Below, piece by piece: positions 1 to 9,032 of a stretch of 64,000 nucleotides of DNA (positions within the stretch are counted from its first letter, which is position 1; each line of letters opens with the position of its first letter). The notes beneath the pieces were generated by a model. It ran no database searches. It saw only the letters and a program-made list of their open reading frames with translations, and was not told the DNA's origin. The stretch lies in IMG/VR virus record IMGVR_UViG_3300036857_000203, positions 8,436-72,435 of that record, one strand, 5' to 3'. The translations under genes and the position numbers were made by a program. Source of the DNA: a virus.

Positions 1-2
1 GC

Positions 3-1100
3 TTCATTGGAACATGGCGCGATCCTGATACGGGCAAGACCTACGCGGAGGTATCGCAGCGCTTCCCGGCCGAGGATGTTCGACAGGCGGTGAAGTTCGG
101 CGAGCGCACCGGACAGATCGCCGGCTACAACCTTGGCAAGGGCGAATCATTCCCGGTTGGTAACTGGCAGGAGTTCATCCGCTCGCCTGAGTTCCGCAAG
201 CGCATGGCCGAGATGGAAGAGGTCGGTCATGAGTATCTCAAGGGCCAGAAGTACCCGGACTGGTGGACGAACGTACCGTTCGCGCGGGTGTACGGCGAGC
301 GGCGTCTGCCCCAGGTCGCCGGCTACACCGCATCGACCGCGCCAAACGCGGCGCCACGCGAGAACCTGCAGACCATGTCGGAGTACATGCGCCGCTCGAT
401 CAGGGGCGAGCCGATCGTCCAGCCCAGCTGGCGGATACCGGAAGGCACCATGAGCCGTCAGGCTGGCTCCGAGATCGGCATGGAGCAAAGCCGCATCCCC
501 AACCTATTGAAGTCCGAGCGTGGCGCGCTGGGTGAGTTGCAGCGCAACAAGGTGCGCGAGGAGGCTGCAGCCTTCATGGGTGACCCCGGCGCCGTGGTGC
601 TCGACCGGCATCAGATCAGGCTGTCGGAAGCCCCCGAGCGCAACATCTTCGCTGGTGTTGGAGAGGGCACGATCGGATCACGGCCGCTCGCTGGTGGGCA
701 GCTCAATGATTACGAGAAGCTCAAGCGTGAGTTCACAGAGCACGGTGCCCGAACCGGGCGCGATCCACGCAGTCAAAGCGCTGATATCTGGACCGGTATC
801 CGAGACACTATCCAGAGAACCGACGAGCTGTATGGCACGCCGTACCGAGGCTCGGCTATCCCCGGCGAGAGCAAGTCTTATGCTGATCACTTCGAGGACT
901 TGCTGGAGGACAAGGCCAAGCACCTCAACATCAGCAAGGCGAAGATGGAGAGCGAGCTGAACAAGGGCAACGAGAACCTGCTCAGCTGGCTTCTGGTGAC
1001 GACCCCGGCGCTTTACGCGGCTTATCGGCAGATGCAGGCACCTCGCGAAAGCGGAGCGCCATCCAGCGGAGGAATCCCGCGTGGCGGCGGCGAGCTATGA
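3..1100 (+). CDS. C-terminal part of a large virion/ejection-type protein (5' truncated by window)
   Basis: Frame of ORF 90..1100 is open from position 3 (FIGTWRDPDTGKTY...); lies just before the lysis genes. Confidence 0.6.
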   Translation, partial: FIGTWRDPDTGKTYAEVSQRFPAEDVRQAVKFGERTGQIAGYNLGKGESFPVGNWQEFIRSPEFRKRMAEMEEVGHEYLKGQKYPDWWTNVPFARVYGERRLPQVAGYTASTAPNAAPRENLQTMSEYMRRSIRGEPIVQPSWRIPEGTMSRQAGSEIGMEQSRIPNLLKSERGALGELQRNKVREEAAAFMGDPGAVVLDRHQIRLSEAPERNIFAGVGEGTIGSRPLAGGQLNDYEKLKREFTEHGARTGRDPRSQSADIWTGIRDTIQRTDELYGTPYRGSAIPGESKSYADHFEDLLEDKAKHLNISKAKMESELNKGNENLLSWLLVTTPALYAAYRQMQAPRESGAPSSGGIPRGGGEL

Positions 1101-1209
1101 ACAGCTCGCGCTGTCGCTCGAAGCGTTCGCGCTGGAGCAGTTCAGCCCAGGCCTGATTGTATTGTTGCTTCGTCCAGCGTCGCATGCGTTACAGGTATAG
1201 CTCGGCAGC

Positions 1210-1617
1210 ATGAAAGTCAATCGCGCAGCGTTCCTCTACCTGGACCCGGTGCGGCCGGCGGCGAACTTCGCCCAGTGCGTGCGCTGCCGCGACTGGGTGC
1301 GCGGCGATCGCAAGTGCGTGATCCATGGCCCAACGGTCAACGTGCCCGGCACCGCCTCGTGCGGCTTCTTCGTTGACGGACCCACGCAGCCACCAGGGAC
1401 TAAGACCCACGCCTGGGTGACGCCCGAGGAGTCGGGTCTCGTGAACCGCGATGTGCGCTGCGAGAACTGCAAGTATTACGAGAACGAGGACAATGAGAGT
1501 GAGTGCGGGCTCTTCCGCATGTTGAACGGCTGGCACCACGACATGTTTGAACTGGATGAGAAGGTGGACAAGCACGGCTGCTGCAACGCTCAAACACCGG
1601 GAGGCGACCATGGTTGA
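1210..1617 (+). CDS. Cys-rich protein with two HiPIP-like CxxC..C..C repeats
   Basis: CVRC-x9-C-x14-CGFF and CENC-x11-C-...-HGCC. Confidence 0.6.
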   Translation: MKVNRAAFLYLDPVRPAANFAQCVRCRDWVRGDRKCVIHGPTVNVPGTASCGFFVDGPTQPPGTKTHAWVTPEESGLVNRDVRCENCKYYENEDNESECGLFRMLNGWHHDMFELDEKVDKHGCCNAQTPGGDHG

Positions 1618-1813
1618 GCGGGTGATCTACGCGCTGATCTACATCTGCGGGATCGCGCTCTGCTACTTTCTTATTGTCTGGGTACTTGGGGCTATAGGCC
1701 TGCACCTGCCGGCGATGGTGTTGAACATCCTCATGGTGGTGCTGGTGCTGGTCGCGATCCTGATCCTGTGGCGGTTGTTCGCGGGCGCCGGCATCCCATG
1801 GTGGCCGCGCTGA
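1610..1813 (+). CDS. Small two-TM membrane protein (holin-like candidate)
   Basis: MVERVIYALIYICG... two hydrophobic helices; GGAGG RBS; upstream of endolysin. Confidence 0.65.
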   Translation: MVERVIYALIYICGIALCYFLIVWVLGAIGLHLPAMVLNILMVVLVLVAILILWRLFAGAGIPWWPR

Positions 1814-2075
1814 TGCGTGACCGTGGCCATAACGATCTGCCGTGGGCGATGGTCATTCTAGTGACGACAGTCATCTTGACGTTGTTCGTAATCTGGTTGT
1901 TCTCTCACTAGCGTACGGTCAGGGTGAGAGCGCGCCGGCCGCACGCCGGCACTGCGGCAGGAGGATTACGGACACTCTCTGCTACGACAGTCTGTTTACC
2001 GCACCGGGGCCCGGCGGCCTCGAACCACGCCGGGTCCTGCGTGGTACCATAACGACCTGATTCGGAGGTCGTTTC

Positions 2076-3662
2076 ATGGCCGATATCCCGCCCTGGCTCT
2101 CTGTGATGCGGACCCTGACCGGGACCAAGGAGGTCTCAGGTCCCGAAGCCAACCCCGTCATTACCGGCATGACCACGGAGATTGCCCGCATCTGGGAGGA
2201 TGTCCCGGGCATGGCGACCTACTGTAACCAGCCCGCCTGGGACAGCGACGAGACGGCATGGTGTGGGGTGGCCGCCGGCTTCTGTGTCAGCGAGGCCGGC
2301 TATATGCCCCCGTTCGGGGCAACCGACACCGACAAGTTCGGCTGGGCCGATAGCTTCCGCACCGATCCCAACTTTGTGCAGCTCTCGGACTATGTGCCGG
2401 GTGCGATCGTAGTGATGACTAGAAGTGGCGGTAATCACGTCACGTTCTACGAGAGCGATGCCGGCGGCGGCTACATCAACTGCCGGGGTGGCAACCAGAG
2501 CAACAGCGTGAACGTCTCCTCGTTCGCGAAGTCTGGCGTCACCGGGATCATGTGGCCGCGCGAAGCGCCGATGCCGGACATCCCGCGCGGCACCATCCAG
2601 AAAGGCTCGAAGGGGCCGGACGTCGTGGCCTGCCAGACGATCCTCGGGGTGTACCCGGCGGACGGAGACTTCGGAAGCATCACTGACAGTGCCGTGCGTG
2701 GCTATCAGGCAGCGTGTTCTATCTCGGTCGACGGCGTGGTCGGCCCCACCACCTGGGGCAAGCTCGATGATCTCGACCTGCGAGTAAAGAAGGGCAACGA
2801 CGGGCTCCCTCCTGAGTTGATCGGCGAGATCGTCGACGTTGCCGAGAATAGCGCCATCGCGAACTTCAGCTGGAAGGATCGCGGCAAGGCGCCGCTTGGC
2901 TACACCGCCGGTATAGCCCTCTGCTTCGCGCTCGCCCTTGACCGGCTCAATGCCGAGGACGAGGCGGCCTGGGAGATGGCCAAGGCCAACACCCACAACG
3001 CCGACAAGGACGTATTCGCTTGGTACGCGAGTGAGTTCACCAGCCAGGGCATGGACAACAGCGAAGATGCCGATCCGGAAGATCGGCTACGGCACCTGTT
3101 CGCCTTCATGCTGGGCCTGGGGCCACGAGAGTCCTCTGGCCGGTACCCCGAGGGCCGCGATCAGTCCGCGAGCAACGTGTCCGCCGACACAGCCGAGGCG
3201 GGAATGTTCCAGACCTCCTGGGATGTTCGCTCGTGCAGCGAGAACATCCCGCCGCTGCTCACCCAATACTGGGCCAACCCCTGCGGCTTCCGCGAGGCGT
3301 TCAAGAAGGGTGTCACGCTCAAGTCATCTGATCTGGGAGGCTATGGCAGTGGACCCGGTGCGCAGTACCAGTTCCTGTCAAAGTTCGCACCCTGCTTTCA
3401 TGCTCTAGTCACTGCGCTGGGGCTCAGGGATCGGCGCCAGCACTGGGGTCCGGTGAACCGCAAGGAGGTGCAGCTGCGGGCCGAGGCCGATCAGATGCTC
3501 TCTGCCGTGCAAGCGATGGTCGAGGATGCGCCGGAACCGGAGCCGCCCGAGCCTGAGCCGAGCGCGAACCGGGTCGACATCATCGCTGAGCACGTTGACG
3601 AGATCACCATCACCGGGGATGTCGATGTCACCCTCAATGGCGAGCCCTATGAGCAGCAGTAA
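2076..3662 (+). CDS. Modular endolysin: NlpC/P60-CHAP-like (TIGR02594-type) domain + PG-binding domain + lysozyme/transglycosylase-like domain
   Basis: DETAWC...GNHVTFY...GGNQSNSV; KGSKGPDV..Q..LG..ADGDFG..T..AVRGYQ..VDGVVGPTTW; RESSG...EAGMFQTSW. Confidence 0.85.
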   Translation: MADIPPWLSVMRTLTGTKEVSGPEANPVITGMTTEIARIWEDVPGMATYCNQPAWDSDETAWCGVAAGFCVSEAGYMPPFGATDTDKFGWADSFRTDPNFVQLSDYVPGAIVVMTRSGGNHVTFYESDAGGGYINCRGGNQSNSVNVSSFAKSGVTGIMWPREAPMPDIPRGTIQKGSKGPDVVACQTILGVYPADGDFGSITDSAVRGYQAACSISVDGVVGPTTWGKLDDLDLRVKKGNDGLPPELIGEIVDVAENSAIANFSWKDRGKAPLGYTAGIALCFALALDRLNAEDEAAWEMAKANTHNADKDVFAWYASEFTSQGMDNSEDADPEDRLRHLFAFMLGLGPRESSGRYPEGRDQSASNVSADTAEAGMFQTSWDVRSCSENIPPLLTQYWANPCGFREAFKKGVTLKSSDLGGYGSGPGAQYQFLSKFAPCFHALVTALGLRDRRQHWGPVNRKEVQLRAEADQMLSAVQAMVEDAPEPEPPEPEPSANRVDIIAEHVDEITITGDVDVTLNGEPYEQQ

Positions 3663-3918
3663 TCTGCCCATGCACACGCTTCCGCAGCATCAGTATCCCA
3701 GGCTGCGGGGTTATCAGGTGGGAGAGGACGGTGAGGTCACTGTTCATCTTTGTCTCGGCCTTCCTTGTTGTGGTCTTGATCTGCTGATCGAGCACCCGCC
3801 CACCATGACGGCGCTGGAACTCTACCGCATTGCGGGGGAGTTCGTTGCAATGCGGGAGCGAGTCAAGCAGCTACCGAGCTTCCAGAGCTGTCGGATACCC
3901 CATGAGCCCGACCGCTGA
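3649..3918 (+). CDS. Hypothetical protein
   Basis: ATG overlaps endolysin end; fills the gap to the next gene. Confidence 0.45.
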   Translation: MSSSNLPMHTLPQHQYPRLRGYQVGEDGEVTVHLCLGLPCCGLDLLIEHPPTMTALELYRIAGEFVAMRERVKQLPSFQSCRIPHEPDR

Positions 3919-4114
3919 GATCGGTAAGACGGCAAACGCCGCGATCGAGGCGCTCAAGACCTCGCCGGCCTTGCTCGTCCTGACGATCTTCATGGTGCTC
4001 TACATCGGCTTCAACAGCTATCTGGGCCTGCAGGAGCGCGATCGATGGAAGGAGCTGGTCGAGACCGCCATGAAGTGGTGTCCGGCAGGCACGTATGAGA
4101 GGCCGAAACAATGA
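3902..4114 (+). CDS. Small single-TM protein (lysis accessory/holin-like), paralog of 4612-4812
   Basis: GKTANAAIEALKTSPALLVLTIF...ERDRW...C. Confidence 0.7.
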   Translation: MSPTAEIGKTANAAIEALKTSPALLVLTIFMVLYIGFNSYLGLQERDRWKELVETAMKWCPAGTYERPKQ

Positions 4115-4285
4115 GGCGTGAACGGGTCAAGCAGCTTCCGGCGTTCAGTGTGTGCGCGGTTCCCCATGAGCAAGGTTGAGTTCAACCTTGGAGGGGTGCT
4201 GCGCTTCATCACTGAGCCGGATAACGCCGGAGCCTTCTTCACGATCCGCTATCGAGACTTCGAGATAACCGCAAGAGGGAAAGAT

Positions 4286-4615
4286 ATGGCATACACACTG
4301 TCGGTTGGCACACAAGTTCATGTTCAGGTTGCCTACGTCGACTCGGCCGGCAATCCCGCCACGGTTGATGGTGAGGTGGGCTGGAACAGTTCCGACGAGA
4401 CAATCGCCACGGTCACGGTCGAGAGTGGCGATACGACGAAGGCGTTGGTCCAGGCTGTTGGCAAGCTCGGACAGGTTCAGATCACGGCCACGGCAGATGC
4501 CGATCTTGGCGATGGCGTGCGCCCGCTGGTGACGCCAATGGATGTCGAGATCGTGGCTGGCGAGGCGGTGGCCGGAACCATTACCCCGGTGGGCGCCGCT
4601 GAGCCGATCCCGTGA
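4286..4615 (+). CDS. Ig-like (Big_2-type) domain protein
   Basis: WNSSDETIATV...GQVQITATA; GAGGGA RBS; start could be 4166. Confidence 0.7.
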   Translation: MAYTLSVGTQVHVQVAYVDSAGNPATVDGEVGWNSSDETIATVTVESGDTTKALVQAVGKLGQVQITATADADLGDGVRPLVTPMDVEIVAGEAVAGTITPVGAAEPIP

Positions 4616-4812
4616 ACTCTGGCATCACAGAACAAGCTGGCAAGACAGCACAGGCGACCATCTCGGCGCTGAGCAGCACGCCTCTGGTCTTGTCGCTGGT
4701 GATCTTCAACATCCTGTTCATGGGGCTGATCGCCTGGAGTACGCACGAGAGTGGCGCGCGCTGGGAGCGGATGATGCAGAAGGCTCTGGAGACTTGCGCC
4801 TCGAAGACATGA
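4612..4812 (+). CDS. Small single-TM protein, paralog of 3902-4114
   Basis: GKTAQATISALSSTPLVLSLVIF...ESGARW...C. Confidence 0.7.
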   Translation: MNSGITEQAGKTAQATISALSSTPLVLSLVIFNILFMGLIAWSTHESGARWERMMQKALETCASKT

Positions 4813-5192
4813 CGTTTGGCACCCGGTTCCTGCTTACGGTCGTGATCGTGCTGGCGATCCTGTTCGCGCTGGCAGCGTTGGGCTATTTCACCGGCAACTG
4901 GGATGAGGACGAGAGCGCGCGGCCGGGATACGGGCTGGCGAGCGCGAAGAGCCAGATCATCCAGCCGGAAATATGTATGGACGAAGCCACGCGCGAGCGT
5001 ATTCGCGACATCGTACTGGAAGGCATAGACGAGGCCCTCAAAGAGCACACCAAGCACATCTTCTCTATCTGGTTAAAGGACAGCACCGACCAGCCACGAC
5101 GAGCGGTCACCGGCATGGCAACCGGCATTCGTGCATATCTCGGGAGTCGAGCAAACGCTTTGAAGTGGATGCCACCCGTATGTCCGGGATGA
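4809..5192 (+). CDS. Membrane-anchored protein (possible spanin-like/lysis accessory)
   Basis: N-terminal TM, ATGA overlap, last gene of the rightward block. Confidence 0.6.
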   Translation: MTFGTRFLLTVVIVLAILFALAALGYFTGNWDEDESARPGYGLASAKSQIIQPEICMDEATRERIRDIVLEGIDEALKEHTKHIFSIWLKDSTDQPRRAVTGMATGIRAYLGSRANALKWMPPVCPG

Positions 5193-5229
5193 AGAACCCC
5201 GGCGCTGGATGACGCTCATACGGTGGTGA

Positions 5230-5502
5230 TCAGTCCAGCTGCAGCTTGCTGAAGCGCGCCTCGGCCGGGTCGGGTGGCTCTGGTTTGGGAGGCTCTGGTT
5301 TGGGAGCCAGTGATGCCGGCGGCCGGGACAGAGACAGATACCTGTACAGCTCCGTATACTGGTTCGTCTGTGCCAGAGCCATCTGCTCGGCCTGTTGTCG
5401 CTGCGCTTCCATCGATCGATAGTAGGCAGCGGGGGGAGGCGGATCGCAGACGCCAAGCACGACGGGTGGCCCTCCTCCGCTCTTGCACATGTCACTTCCC
5501 AT
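5230..5502 (-). CDS. Hypothetical protein
   Basis: ORF coupled to 5492-5872; ends RFSKLQLD. Confidence 0.5.
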   Translation of the reverse strand: MGSDMCKSGGGPPVVLGVCDPPPPAAYYRSMEAQRQQAEQMALAQTNQYTELYRYLSLSRPPASLAPKPEPPKPEPPDPAEARFSKLQLD

Positions 5503-5872
5503 TGTAGCGCTGGAAGCTCTGCAGCAGCTCGCTCGACATATCCTCCAAGTCGCGCTCTAGCTTCTGGAGTTCCTCCCACCTCGCCTTTGCTTTGGCACGC
5601 TGCTCCTCTGCTTCCGCTTCGATCTGGTGGAGGAGGCCCTCCGCGCGAGTGACTTGGCGGCGCGCCGCTTCGATGGCTGCGTCGTAGAGCTTGTCAGTGA
5701 GTTCGACAAAGCGTGGTACTCCTTGGTTATGATGCAGCGGCGGCTTGTTGGGTGGGCGCGCATTGAGATCGCGGGCCACACCCTTCAGCGCCGCTTCGAC
5801 GCGGCTAATATCATGCGCCGTGTCGGCATTCGCCAGCACCTGCTTCATCGGTACCTTCTGTTGCTCGTCCAT
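5492..5872 (-). CDS. Hypothetical coiled-coil protein
   Basis: AAAGGA RBS, helical composition. Confidence 0.65.
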   Translation of the reverse strand: MDEQQKVPMKQVLANADTAHDISRVEAALKGVARDLNARPPNKPPLHHNQGVPRFVELTDKLYDAAIEAARRQVTRAEGLLHQIEAEAEEQRAKAKARWEELQKLERDLEDMSSELLQSFQRYNGK

Positions 5873-6104
5873 TGTCGTGTCCTTTCACTCGCCTAAGTCT
5901 CACATCCTTGACGATCTCGCGGCCCAGCTCGGTGATCTCCCAGCCGTCAGGGTCGGAAACCTTGCGCAGGTAGCCTCGGATCACCAGCGCACGCCACACT
6001 CCATAAGGGAAGTTGATCTTCTCCCGCGAGCTGAACGGCAGGTAGTCGACTGCCGCAGCAGCCTTCAGCACGATGCACTGTCGCCAGCTAAGCAGTACGC
6101 TCAC
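5811..6104 (-). CDS. Hypothetical protein, winged-helix-like
   Basis: WRALVIRGYL...WEITELGREIV wing motif. Confidence 0.5.
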   Translation of the reverse strand: MSVLLSWRQCIVLKAAAAVDYLPFSSREKINFPYGVWRALVIRGYLRKVSDPDGWEITELGREIVKDVRLRRVKGHDNGRATEGTDEAGAGECRHGA

Positions 6105-6537
6105 GCAGCATTGCCTCGATCTCATCACGCAGTTGCTTGCGCGTAATCCCTGGCATGATTTCTTCGATGATCACGTTGGTGATCTTCTCCGTCAGAAGGC
6201 GGAGCTGTTCGTCGCTGATTCGCGTCAGGCTCTTACCCTTGGCCTCGATCTTACGTGTGTGTGGATCGTAGATCGCTTTGCTGTAGCCGACACGCACCTT
6301 GAACGCTTCCATGGCATGATCCTTGTCGAGAAATTCGTCCGAATTGTTTGCAACAAGATGAACGAGAGCCCAAAGATACCGTAGCAACTGGATGTTCTTC
6401 TCACGTCTGATGGTGGCAGTCACATCGCTGTCCATGGAGATGATATGCAGGTCCTCTTCCGCCATTTCAGAGGACGGAAACAATCCGACCTCACCACGAT
6501 AGTGGGCACGACGCTTTCGAAGAAAGGTTTCGATCAC
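6088..6537 (-). CDS. DUF1367/NinB-like recombination-associated protein
   Basis: R.KNIQLLRYLWALVHLVANN...KVRVGY...KSL pattern; GGAGG RBS; downstream of ERF. Confidence 0.65.
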   Translation of the reverse strand: MIETFLRKRRAHYRGEVGLFPSSEMAEEDLHIISMDSDVTATIRREKNIQLLRYLWALVHLVANNSDEFLDKDHAMEAFKVRVGYSKAIYDPHTRKIEAKGKSLTRISDEQLRLLTEKITNVIIEEIMPGITRKQLRDEIEAMLRERTA

Positions 6538-6550
6538 GTCGCGCCCCTCC

Positions 6551-6631
6551 TTGCCTGCCTCACCTCGCCGAGCCAAGCCACACCGAGGCCTGTCTTGCCG
6601 TGACGAGCCAAGCCGAGCCGAGCCGCGCCAT
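6551..6631 (-). ncRNA. Orphan GGY-NN pentamer unit (putative guide RNA)
   Basis: 14 in-phase pentamers (ggcgc ggctc ggctc ggctt ggctc gtcac ggcaa gacag gcctc ggtgt ggctt ggctc ggcga ggtga) ending GGCA-GGC; intergenic. Confidence 0.75.
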
Positions 6632-6640
6632 GAACGGGCA

Positions 6641-7777
6641 TCATTGGGTGCTCGGCAACCCTCCGCCCGTATCCTCATCATCCGGCGGATTGAGCCGCAT
6701 CTCGGTGCGCTGCCATTCCGCCATCAGCATGCTCCAGTCGCTCTCATCAAAGTCGTTCTCGCGTGGGGCGACATACTGGTTCCAGAACGCCTCGGCAGCT
6801 TCCATGCTTTGCAGCTGGGCGAGTTGATTGGCGACCCAGTTCAGCGCCTCGCCTGGGTCGCTCGGCATGTTGCCGCCGCCGACCTCCGACAGGTCATTGA
6901 GCCGGCGTCCAGTCGCGGCCTGAATCATGTCGTAGGTGCCGGGGAAGTTATCGCTGATGTTCTGCAAGATCGGCTCGTTGATCGCATCCCAGGCTCTCAC
7001 CTCGTCCACCGACTGCGCCTTGCCGATGTAGCGGATGAAGGCGCTCGCCCACTCATCTGGGCCCTTGCCCTGGCCAAGCACGATGCGATGCGGCTTGCTG
7101 TCGTCTGGTGTTGTCTGCGCGGGCGCCGTCTCGGCTGGCCGCTGCGAGGGCCCCGGCACCGGAGCCTTCTCCTGACGCTGATTCGCGTCCTCGTCTACAT
7201 CGGGGAAGTCACCGGCAGGCACCTGGAACAAGGCCAGCAGGAAGTATTTGCGCGCGTTGGTGTGGCACTTGGCGACCGCCTTCTCGTCCCAGTTGCCCTT
7301 GCGATCGCGCGAGATGCACACCCCTGTGAAGCGCGGCTTCTCGGGCCATACCTCGCCCGATGAGTGGAGGATGCTGAACTCGTAGGTGACCGCGAGCCGG
7401 TTGCCCTCCAGTATCTCCTTGGAGACCTCGTTCTGGATCACGGCCAGACCAGCGGCGCCCATCAGCGGCGTCACCGCATAGAGCACGTCCTCCATGCGGG
7501 CATAGTTGTAGCCGAAGTACTCGTTCCGGCCCCGCTTCTCGATGGTATCGACCTTGGACATGACGGCGGCGATGGCGCCGGCAATGTGCCCGACCGGTGA
7601 GCGAAAGAACGGCGTTTCGCTGCGCGGAGCCACCGGGCCACCGTTGGTCTTCTGCGGGAGGGCCTGCTGCTCGCGCACGGCAATGGCGCGCTGAGCAATA
7701 CCGCCGCCGAGGCCGCCCGGGCTCGGCTCTTTAGGCGTTGGGCTTGGAACGAGGGGCCGGCGTGGGGTGGTGGTCAT
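6641..7777 (-). CDS. erf: ERF-family single-strand annealing protein
   Basis: IEKRGRNEYFGYNYARMEDV...ILHSSGE...TNARKYFLLALFQV. Confidence 0.85.
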   Translation of the reverse strand: MTTTPRRPLVPSPTPKEPSPGGLGGGIAQRAIAVREQQALPQKTNGGPVAPRSETPFFRSPVGHIAGAIAAVMSKVDTIEKRGRNEYFGYNYARMEDVLYAVTPLMGAAGLAVIQNEVSKEILEGNRLAVTYEFSILHSSGEVWPEKPRFTGVCISRDRKGNWDEKAVAKCHTNARKYFLLALFQVPAGDFPDVDEDANQRQEKAPVPGPSQRPAETAPAQTTPDDSKPHRIVLGQGKGPDEWASAFIRYIGKAQSVDEVRAWDAINEPILQNISDNFPGTYDMIQAATGRRLNDLSEVGGGNMPSDPGEALNWVANQLAQLQSMEAAEAFWNQYVAPRENDFDESDWSMLMAEWQRTEMRLNPPDDEDTGGGLPSTQ

Positions 7778-8130
7778 TGGTCATCCTTCCAATCGTCTTC
7801 CTGTTCCTTGATCCTGGCTTTCAGCGCATCAACCGCAGCCTTGTTCTCGAAATGCAGTTCTCGCATAGAGACAGTGCACTCTGTCGTGTATTCGTTAGGT
7901 TCTTGGATGTGCAAGCCGTCCTCGTAGAAGTAGAACGCGGCGTTCTTCAGGTACGTCTCGATTGCCTCGTGGATGATCTTGCGAATGAGGGAGTGAAACA
8001 GCGATTCATCGACGTTGATGTCGATCGAGTAGCGATCTTTGTCGATCGATACTGCCTTCCACAGGTCTTCGGGCCATTCACCCAGCTCCCAGGCCGTCAG
8101 GTCAACCTTGATAAGTCGCTTCTTTGTCAC
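7774..8130 (-). CDS. Hypothetical protein
   Basis: ORF with 4-bp overlaps on both sides. Confidence 0.65.
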   Translation of the reverse strand: MTKKRLIKVDLTAWELGEWPEDLWKAVSIDKDRYSIDINVDESLFHSLIRKIIHEAIETYLKNAAFYFYEDGLHIQEPNEYTTECTVSMRELHFENKAAVDALKARIKEQEDDWKDDQ

Positions 8131-9032
8131 ACGGCCCTCGCGTCCTCGATTACGGTAACTCCTGGAACCTTGGCCCCCGCACGCACCGCCCTGTTGGCGA
8201 GCATCTGCACGGTGCCCCTCACGTCTTCGCTGTCCTCGAAGAACTTCAGACAGACCGCGTAATCATCGATCCGCGCCTTCTTGGTCGACTTGAGCGTCTG
8301 GGCGCGGCCACGAGTACCAGCACGGGGACGAGGGGCATCAGCTGCAGCTGGCTCGCCCCTCGCCGCCGCTGCCTCGGCTTCCTGTTGTTGCGCCTCCGTC
8401 TGGCGCTGGAGCCAAGGCGTAGTGAGCCGGTACTTCAGGTTCTTGTAGACCTCGGCGGCAGTCTGGAGCGGCGACCACCGCGCTTGTATTCGCTTGAGTT
8501 CTTCGTCGTGGGGCTTGCGGTCGGCCTTGCGCTGCTCCTCGGCCTTCTTCCAGAGTTCCGCCAGACGATCGGCGAGGTTGGCGATCCTGTTGGCTTCGTC
8601 CTGGTCCTGGATAGGTCCGCCCTTCAGGCGCTCCTCGGCCTCGCGCGCCAGGGGCTCGATTGCGTCCCGTAATCCTTCGAAGCTCTCATCGTCGGGCGGC
8701 TGGTTGTCGCCCATAGCGACCAGTTCGTGCTCGTCCGGCCACAGCCCACCGTTCTGAGCAACCTCACGATAGGCCTGCTCGCTTACTGGGTGCTGACCGA
8801 CCCGCGTCCAGAGTTCCAGGGCGCGCTGGGGCGTCACATCATCGTCGCCAATACGACAGTGCAGCTGACCGTTCTCGTTGGGCCAGTACGCGACAGGCCG
8901 GAACGTGCGCCGCGCGCCGTAGTGCTCCTTGCGCGGCTCCCGGTAGAACCCAGCCTGTGGGTGGCTCGGGCTCATCTGCACGGGCTTGCCGTTGAGCCGG
9001 TCGTGCCAGTACTGCCATTCCCATTCAGCCAT
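8127..9032 (-). CDS. Phage protein of recombination module (coiled-coil C-terminus)
   Basis: GGAGGAG RBS; PQAGFYR...PVAYW; GDNQPP; ends VPGVTVIED. Confidence 0.75.
   Translation of the reverse strand: MAEWEWQYWHDRLNGKPVQMSPSHPQAGFYREPRKEHYGARRTFRPVAYWPNENGQLHCRIGDDDVTPQRALELWTRVGQHPVSEQAYREVAQNGGLWPDEHELVAMGDNQPPDDESFEGLRDAIEPLAREAEERLKGGPIQDQDEANRIANLADRLAELWKKAEEQRKADRKPHDEELKRIQARWSPLQTAAEVYKNLKYRLTTPWLQRQTEAQQQEAEAAAARGEPAAADAPRPRAGTRGRAQTLKSTKKARIDDYAVCLKFFEDSEDVRGTVQMLANRAVRAGAKVPGVTVIEDARAV

Noticed and set aside
5274-5308. Direct repeat ggctctggtttggga x2
   Set aside because: Encodes PKPEP repeats in 5230-5502
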